Source of the DNA: an uncultured Marinoscillum sp.
Lineage (GTDB): Bacteria; Bacteroidota; Bacteroidia; Cytophagales; MED-G16
Direction: 5' to 3'
Assembly: GCA_902628365.1 (NCBI GenBank)
Contig: CACOMW010000005.1
Location: 3,592-67,591, forward strand
DNA length: 64,000 nt
Shown: piece after piece, positions 58,185 to 64,000 of the stretch
Position numbering within the stretch: position 1 is the first letter of the stretch
How the letters are laid out: the number at the start of each line of letters is the position of its first letter
Translations under genes and position numbers: made by a program
Notes under the pieces: generated by a model
Databases searched by the model: none
Seen by the model: only the letters and a program-made list of their open reading frames with translations
Told to the model about the DNA's origin: nothing

Positions 58185-59119
58185 TGAAAAATTTTTTAAA
58201 ATTTATTTCTTTAATTATTTTCATTTCATGTGAAGAAATTATCTATCCAGATCTAGAATCTAAAACCCCAATTCTTGTAGTAGATGCTTGGCTTAATAAT
58301 CAAAACGAAAGTCAAACAATAATTTTATCTTCTTCTCAAGATTATTTAGATTCAACATCAACTAAATTTATTGATGGAGCAGAAGTTTATATTATAAATG
58401 ATAATGGTGATAAATTTAATTTTACTGAAAAAGATAAAGGAAAATATATATGGAATCCAGATTCAAATTTTTCTAATCTTGGTGATGTTGGAACAGAGTT
58501 TTTTCTGAATATTTTATATAATGGAGAAAAAATAACTGGGTCCTCAATATTAAATAGAACTTCAATTATTGATAGTATAAATTTTGTTAAAGGTGAATTT
58601 CCAGAAAATTCATATTATGCTGAGTTCTGGTCTAATGAAAAAGAAGGAGTAGGTGATGCTTACTGGATAAAGAGTTATAAAAATGGTATAAAACAAGTAC
58701 GGTCGCAAGATATAATTACATGCATAGACGCAGGAGCGTCATCAGAAGGAGCAATTATAGATGGAATCCCATTTATACCTCCAATACGAAGAGCTATAAC
58801 AAGATTTGAGAGAGATGAAATAAGTGACGAATTCAAATCACCTTTTGAATATGGCGATTCATTATATGTTGAAATTCACTCCATTCCATTTGAGGCATTT
58901 GATTTCCTTAATAAAGTATCAATTCAAATAGATAGACAAGGAGGTTTTGGGGAATTATTTGCCGTTTCACTAGCAAACTCACCAACAAACCTTACTGTTG
59001 AAAATAACTCAAATTTCCCAGTTGTTGGTTTTTTTTGTGTTTCAGCTGTAAATGGTAAGGGTAATATTTTAGATGATGATGAAATAGAAAAAATAGAAAA
59101 GTACGATAGAAAATGGTAA
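58184..59119 (+). CDS. DUF4249-like lipoprotein (usual partner of this receptor type)
   Basis: 311 aa with lipobox FISC. Its position directly after a CarboxypepD_reg-type TonB receptor, with a TAATG overlap, is the arrangement I associate with DUF4249. Confidence 0.5.
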   Translation: MKNFLKFISLIIFISCEEIIYPDLESKTPILVVDAWLNNQNESQTIILSSSQDYLDSTSTKFIDGAEVYIINDNGDKFNFTEKDKGKYIWNPDSNFSNLGDVGTEFFLNILYNGEKITGSSILNRTSIIDSINFVKGEFPENSYYAEFWSNEKEGVGDAYWIKSYKNGIKQVRSQDIITCIDAGASSEGAIIDGIPFIPPIRRAITRFERDEISDEFKSPFEYGDSLYVEIHSIPFEAFDFLNKVSIQIDRQGGFGELFAVSLANSPTNLTVENNSNFPVVGFFCVSAVNGKGNILDDDEIEKIEKYDRKW

Positions 59120-59127
59120 AGGTAAAA

Positions 59128-59607
59128 TTATAAAACTTCCATAATTACTACACAGTGAGCGGCAACACCTTCTTCCCTGCCAACAAAACCTAACCTCTCC
59201 GTAGTAGTTGCTTTAACAGAAATTTTAGAATGATCTACATTTAAAATACTGGAAAGAACTTCAGTAATTTTAACTTTATATTTTGAGATTTTTGGTTCTT
59301 GAAGAAGAATTGTTATATCAGCATTTGAAAGTTTATATCCTTTTTTATTACACAATTCTACAACTTTACCCAATAAAAATTTGCTATCTATATTTTTATA
59401 TTTTTTATCAGTGTCAGGAAAATGTGATCCTATATCATCTAAACTCAATGCACCTAACATAGCATCACATAATGCGTGAATTACTACATCAGCATCTGAA
59501 TGACCTATGACTCCTTTGTAATGTTTAATTTCAATACCGCCTATTGTAAATTTTTCTTTACTTTCAAGGCGATGAACATCATAACCATGACCAATTCTAA
59601 ATTTCAT
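59128..59607 (-). CDS. ispF: 2-C-methyl-D-erythritol 2,4-cyclodiphosphate synthase
   Basis: 159 aa with RIGHGYDVHRL and GHSDADVVIHA. Confidence 0.95.
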   Translation of the reverse strand: MKFRIGHGYDVHRLESKEKFTIGGIEIKHYKGVIGHSDADVVIHALCDAMLGALSLDDIGSHFPDTDKKYKNIDSKFLLGKVVELCNKKGYKLSNADITILLQEPKISKYKVKITEVLSSILNVDHSKISVKATTTERLGFVGREEGVAAHCVVIMEVL

Positions 59608-59628
59608 TTATTAAAAAATTATAAATTA

Positions 59629-59636
59629 CAAATTTA
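59629..59636 (-). promoter_or_regulatory. candidate -7 promoter box (TAAATTTG) for ispF
   Basis: Plus-strand CAAATTTA. It ends 21 nt upstream of ATG 59607. Confidence 0.35.
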
Positions 59637-59665
59637 ATCTTCTTATATTTAGATACATTTATATT

Positions 59666-60103
59666 ATGAAAAAATTACTTAAATTAATTTTAGATTTTTC
59701 AGATAAAAATCATTTACATTCAATTGGTCTTTTAATTCTCCGAATTGGATCTTCATTATCTCTAATGACTCATGGATATGCCAAATTAATTAGATTTGAA
59801 GAAAGATCTGCTACTTTCATGAATCATCTTTCTTTAGGAAGTGAAATAAGTTTGTCTTTAGTAATTTTTGCTGAGTTTATTTGTCCAATTTTTATTTTAT
59901 TGGGTCTTGGCACAAGAGTATTTTCTATTCCAATTATTTATACATTTATAATAATTGTTTTTGATATTCACATTGATGACCCCTTTTCTAAAATGGAAAA
60001 AGGAATATTATTTTTAACTATATATCTTACGATTTTTCTTTCAGGCCCAGGAAAATTTTCTTTTGATAATTTTTTAAATAAGAAATTAAAAATTAAAGAC
60101 TAA
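59666..60103 (+). CDS. DoxX-family membrane protein
   Basis: 145 aa with 4 TM segments. GLLILRIGSSLSLMTHGYAKL is typical of the DoxX N-terminus. Confidence 0.6.
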   Translation: MKKLLKLILDFSDKNHLHSIGLLILRIGSSLSLMTHGYAKLIRFEERSATFMNHLSLGSEISLSLVIFAEFICPIFILLGLGTRVFSIPIIYTFIIIVFDIHIDDPFSKMEKGILFLTIYLTIFLSGPGKFSFDNFLNKKLKIKD

Positions 60104-60493
60104 AGTTTGTTTGATATCTGAATTTAAACTTTTGGCTACAGGACAGTTTTTTCCAACAAACATTAATTTTCTTTTTTGAATATCAGTAAGACTATTTTTT
60201 TCAAAATTAATTTCAATTATTATTTCAGATATTTTTCTGGGATTAGTGGACATTACCTTTGTTATTCTAGCTTTTGAATTTGGCATTATAAATTTTCCTT
60301 TTTCTGCACAAATTCCCATAACGGTTGTAATACAACTACAAAGTGCTGATGAAACTAAATCTGTAGGAGCAAATGCTTCTCCCCTTCCATTATTATCAAC
60401 AGGAGCATCGGTAATAATATTTTTTCCAGATTTAATATGAGTAGATGAAGTTCTTAACTCTCCTACATATCTGTTTTCTATAGAGTGTTTCAT
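60086..60493 (-). CDS. OsmC/Ohr-family peroxiredoxin-like protein
   Basis: 135 aa. Two conserved Cys contexts (SALCSCITT, GKNCPVAKSL). Confidence 0.7.
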   Translation of the reverse strand: MKHSIENRYVGELRTSSTHIKSGKNIITDAPVDNNGRGEAFAPTDLVSSALCSCITTVMGICAEKGKFIMPNSKARITKVMSTNPRKISEIIIEINFEKNSLTDIQKRKLMFVGKNCPVAKSLNSDIKQTLVFNF

Positions 60494-61185
60494 TATTTTA
60501 GAATTCTATTTATTAGCGGTTCTAAATTTTTTTTCCATACTTCATACCCTAAATTATTCATATGTAACATATCTTTCCAAAAATATTTTTTTGGAATATT
60601 ACCTTGATTGTCAAGCATTATGGTCCATGAATCAAAAAAATATGTGTTGTTTTCTTTTTTACAAAAATTTTGAATCATTTTATTCAACTCAATATAATTT
60701 TCTTTAAAGTTCCATCTAGACGGGCTAGGTTTTGGTGCTATATAAATTATAGGCGTATTTTTTAACTTATTTCTAATCTTACTATGTGATATTTTAAAAT
60801 CTTTATAAATCTTTTCTAATGGAATATTAAAAGCTATATCATTATCACCTTCATAAATTACAATTAAATCAGGATTATGTTTTATTACAAGATCTCCAAT
60901 AAAAAAGTTTAAATCTGAAAAAATAGAACCACCAAAACCTCTATTTAAAATATCATACTCACTAAAATCATTTTTTAAACCCATCCAAAATCTTATGCTG
61001 GAACTACCAGTAAATACTATCAACTTTTTGTTAGACTTTATAAAAACATCTTCGTTTAAAAAAGATTGTATTTCACTATAAAATCTATTTGGATCAGGTG
61101 AAGATTCATATTCAGAGGTGTAAATATCTTGAGAAAAGGCTGATGAAGAAAAAAATAAAAAAATAAAGAGAGTAAATAATCTCAT
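60493..61185 (-). CDS. secreted SGNH/GDSL-type hydrolase (esterase)
   Basis: 230 aa with signal peptide. Blocks FTGSSSI (I), GFGGS (II), YEGDND (III) and DMLHMN (V). Confidence 0.7.
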   Translation of the reverse strand: MRLFTLFIFLFFSSSAFSQDIYTSEYESSPDPNRFYSEIQSFLNEDVFIKSNKKLIVFTGSSSIRFWMGLKNDFSEYDILNRGFGGSIFSDLNFFIGDLVIKHNPDLIVIYEGDNDIAFNIPLEKIYKDFKISHSKIRNKLKNTPIIYIAPKPSPSRWNFKENYIELNKMIQNFCKKENNTYFFDSWTIMLDNQGNIPKKYFWKDMLHMNNLGYEVWKKNLEPLINRILK

Positions 61186-61325
61186 GAAAAAATAAATCTA
61201 ACTTTAATAATAATTTTAATTAATTGTTACAAAACATAACATAAATTATATTTAATAACATAAATCTAGTGAAACATATAAAATTTATTATTGTATAATA
61301 TACTAAATCTTATGTATAAATAATT

Positions 61326-62054
61326 ATGAAAACATATTTCAAAACTTCATTGATCATAATAACATCATATTTATTTTATTTTGAATCTCGAGCACAAGAG
61401 AGTGATTATTTTGAATATCAAAACGAAATATTATGGGGTATTAATAAAAATACAAATGGAGGTTTAATAGGAGGTATAAATCTCAAATTTGGAAATAAGA
61501 TTAAAGATAATACATATAGAATTTATGGTATTGAAATCGTTAATGTTAAGCATCCAAAAGAATATAAATATACTTCTCCTTTTGGAGGAGATAATTTTAT
61601 TTGGGCTAAACAAAATACGATGTATTCATTAAGAATGCAATATGGTGTTGAAAAATCTATTTTTAATAAAAAGGATGAAAATGGAATACAAATTAATGCT
61701 CACTTAAGTGGAGGCCCTGGACTAGGATTCCTTGTCCCTTATTACATAAGATACAACAGAAACAATGCAGTTGTTATTGAAGCCTTTGATTCAAATATTC
61801 ATAATTTTAATAACGTAATAGGTACTGCAGGATTTTTAGAAGGAATAAATGAGGCAAAGATAAGACCAGGGATAAACCTTAAATCTGCCATCAACTTTGA
61901 ATTTGGAAGTATGAAAAAGGGATCAATAGCTCTTGAAGTTGGTTTTTTAGCAGAAGCTTTTACAAAAAAAATGATTATCATGCCTACTGTAAAAAATAAA
62001 TCAATATTTACATCTGCTTTTATAACGCTTTTTTATGGTAGAAAATGGAAATAA
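61326..62054 (+). CDS. hypothetical exported protein (possible small outer-membrane beta-barrel)
   Basis: 242 aa with signal peptide. Alternating hydrophobic pattern and a C-terminal aromatic residue (FYGRKWK). No family recognised. Confidence 0.5.
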   Translation: MKTYFKTSLIIITSYLFYFESRAQESDYFEYQNEILWGINKNTNGGLIGGINLKFGNKIKDNTYRIYGIEIVNVKHPKEYKYTSPFGGDNFIWAKQNTMYSLRMQYGVEKSIFNKKDENGIQINAHLSGGPGLGFLVPYYIRYNRNNAVVIEAFDSNIHNFNNVIGTAGFLEGINEAKIRPGINLKSAINFEFGSMKKGSIALEVGFLAEAFTKKMIIMPTVKNKSIFTSAFITLFYGRKWK

Positions 62055-62078
62055 AGAAATAGTATAAGGTAAATTGCA

Positions 62079-62954
62079 ATGACTAAAGTAAAAACATTGA
62101 AAACTAAAATATCAAAGCCAAATTGGTTAAGAGTAAAGCTTCCAGTAGGTAGTGAATATAGAAAGGTTAGACAAACTGTTGATAAATATAAGCTTCATAC
62201 TATCTGCGAGAGTGGAAATTGTCCCAATATGGGTGAATGTTGGGGAGCAGGGACCGCTACATTTATGATATTAGGTAATGTATGTACAAGAAGCTGTACA
62301 TTTTGTGCTGTTGCGACTGGCAGACCACCTGAATATGATAAAATGGAACCATTAAGAGTTGCTAAAGCAATAAAAAAAATGGGAGTTAAACACGCTGTAA
62401 TTACATCGGTAAATAGAGACGAACTCAAAGATAGAGGAGCAGAAATATGGTATCAAACAGTACATCTCACAAAAAAGCTATCACCAAAAATTACGATAGA
62501 AACTTTAATTCCTGATGTAAGAGCAAATTGGGAAGCTCTTTATAAAATGATTGAAGCTGGTCAAGAAGTAGTATCACATAATATAGAAACTATTGAAAGA
62601 CTTTACAGAAGAGTTAGGCCGCAGGCAAATTATGAAAGAAGTCTTGAGCAAATAAAAAAAATAAAAGAATTTGGTAAAAGAACTAAATCAGGTATTATGG
62701 TTGGATTGGGTGAAAAAAAAGAAGAAGTTTTTAAAACAATGGATGATATGGTCGAGCATGGTCTTCACATTTTGACGATTGGTCAATACCTTCAACCAAC
62801 TAAAATGCATCTTGAAGTTGATGACTTTATAAGCCCAGAAATTTTTGAAATGTATAAAGAAGAAGGTTTAAAAAGAGGATTAAAATATGTAGAATCAGGA
62901 CCGCTCGTTAGATCTTCTTATCATGCTGAGAGACACGTAAATGTACCTATATAA
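62079..62954 (+). CDS. lipA: lipoyl synthase
   Basis: 291 aa with [13 protein letters not shown] and the radical-SAM CTRSCTFC. Confidence 0.95.
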   Translation: MTKVKTLKTKISKPNWLRVKLPVGSEYRKVRQTVDKYKLHTICESGNCPNMGECWGAGTATFMILGNVCTRSCTFCAVATGRPPEYDKMEPLRVAKAIKKMGVKHAVITSVNRDELKDRGAEIWYQTVHLTKKLSPKITIETLIPDVRANWEALYKMIEAGQEVVSHNIETIERLYRRVRPQANYERSLEQIKKIKEFGKRTKSGIMVGLGEKKEEVFKTMDDMVEHGLHILTIGQYLQPTKMHLEVDDFISPEIFEMYKEEGLKRGLKYVESGPLVRSSYHAERHVNVPI

Positions 62955-64000
62955 ATTTATTTTATTAATATTTTTATTTCTATCAATTGATGTATTTGGA
63001 CAGGTAAATACATCTAACATAACTATTGTTAGAGATAAATGGGGAGTACCTCATATTTATGGTTTAACTGATAAAGAAGCTGCCTATGGTTTAGCATGGG
63101 CTCACGCAGAAGACGACTTTGAAACAATTCAAAAAACATTTTTACCATCTAAAGGTATGCTTGGTAGACTTCAAGGACCAAATGGAGCTATCTTAGATTT
63201 TGCTGTAGAACTATTAAGATCAAGAGAAGTTGCAGAAAAAGAGTTAAAAAACCTTTCTCCTGAAGGCCTAAATATCATTTATGGTTATCTAGAAGGGATA
63301 AATGCTTATGCCAAAAAATATCCTGAGAAAATACTAGTAAAAAACTTTTTTCCATTGACGATATATGATTATTTAACTGGATTAAACTTAATGCTCCATT
63401 TATTTTCTGATACAGGTGACGTTATTGGACAGTTACTTTCAAATAATATTGACCCAATCGATGAGATGTCTGGAGTTGATAATATCGGTAGCTCAATTGG
63501 ATCAAATGCATTTGCATTTAATAGTAACAAAACTGAAAGTGGAAAAACATTTTTAAATATCAATACCCATCAACCATTAGAAGGACCATTTGCTTGGTAT
63601 GAAGCTCATGTAAACAGTGAACAAGGATGGAATATGCTGGGAGGATTATTTCCTGGCCTCCCTCTTCCAGTTATAGGTACAAATAAAAATTTAGGCTGGA
63701 CTCATACATATAATTATCCAGACATGAACGATATATATCAATTGATAATTAATCCCAACAATATAAATGAATATAAAATAGACGGTAATTGGAAAAAATT
63801 TGAAATTAAAGAAGTAAAAATTAAAGTAAAAATATTTTTAGGCCTTAAGATAAATGTAAAAAGAAAAGTATTATGGTCAGATTTTGGACCTGTAATTAAA
63901 AATAAAAAAGGATATTTTTCGTTTTTTTCTCAATCATTGAATAATATAAGCGCAATTGAACAGTGGTTAAAAATGAATAAGGCATCAAATTTTGAAGAAT
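62941..64000 (+). CDS. penicillin-acylase-family Ntn hydrolase (possible AHL/penicillin acylase), 5' part; gene runs past window end
   Basis: Not in the track because there is no stop in the window. My translation from ATG 62941 reads [64 protein letters not shown]..., continuing in frame through the later ...[11 protein letters not shown] block (the beta-subunit Ser nucleophile context) and ...[16 protein letters not shown]. Overlaps lipA by 14 nt. Confidence 0.7.
   Translation, partial: MYLYKFILLIFLFLSIDVFGQVNTSNITIVRDKWGVPHIYGLTDKEAAYGLAWAHAEDDFETIQKTFLPSKGMLGRLQGPNGAILDFAVELLRSREVAEKELKNLSPEGLNIIYGYLEGINAYAKKYPEKILVKNFFPLTIYDYLTGLNLMLHLFSDTGDVIGQLLSNNIDPIDEMSGVDNIGSSIGSNAFAFNSNKTESGKTFLNINTHQPLEGPFAWYEAHVNSEQGWNMLGGLFPGLPLPVIGTNKNLGWTHTYNYPDMNDIYQLIINPNNINEYKIDGNWKKFEIKEVKIKVKIFLGLKINVKRKVLWSDFGPVIKNKKGYFSFFSQSLNNISAIEQWLKMNKASNFEE

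Noticed and set aside
47350-63563. Remaining short overlapping ORFs (47350-47556, 50586-50768, 51227-51421, 51488-51727, 55287-55487, 60246-60440, 61799-61981, 62195-62428, 63369-63563).
   Set aside because: Each lies within a longer, functionally recognisable gene, either on the opposite strand or in another frame.
1-64000. CRISPR arrays, long direct or tandem DNA repeats, insertion sequences, prophage or known defence-system genes.
   Set aside because: Reading through the window I found no regularly spaced repeats, no transposase, integrase or phage-like ORFs, and no nuclease, helicase or methylase clusters. The only repetition is at protein level (ASPIC triplication, NTF2 paralogues, the six-gene array).

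Overview
This is a gene-dense, very AT-rich chromosomal segment that looks like Bacteroidota, probably a streamlined marine member of the Flavobacteriia. Supporting signs are a SusC/SusD pair, lipoprotein and Gln+1 signal peptides, TAnnTTTG -7 promoter boxes, bacillithiol genes and a crtI/B/Y/Z pigment cluster. Many starts and stops overlap in ATGA or TAATG form. From left to right the content is as follows. (1) 1-17 kb: a SusC/SusD locus on the minus strand with no CAZyme. It is followed by three ~1100-aa FG-GAP/VCBS + UnbV_ASPIC lipoprotein paralogues, a small lipoprotein and a PAP2/haloperoxidase-like gene, and preceded by two NTF2/SnoaL-like lipoproteins. (2) 17-27 kb: a GH20 hexosaminidase, then a structured leader and a metK-queF-membrane protein-split metH operon, then glmS. 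(3) 27-33 kb: small accessory genes, including a eukaryote-type GNA1-like acetyltransferase, plus tRNA-Val, an NTF2+ABM fusion lipoprotein, an HDAC-like gene and an esterase. (4) 33.0-37.6 kb: a six-gene array of exported paralogues that I cannot assign to any named family. This is my best candidate for an undescribed system. (5) 37.6-44 kb: housekeeping genes (murF, def, ruvX, rho, serS). (6) 44-50.4 kb: a carotenoid cluster interrupted by bestrophin-like and CotH-like genes, with ispH embedded in it. (7) 50.4-64 kb: an M20 amidohydrolase, a tightly coupled rimO-bshC-ypdA-TonB receptor-DUF4249 unit, ispF, DoxX/OsmC, an SGNH esterase, lipA and a truncated penicillin/AHL-acylase-like gene. I saw no CRISPR array, integrase, transposase, rRNA, recognisable defence genes or recognisable transcription factor. 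All family assignments come from motif recognition by eye, and no database search was possible.
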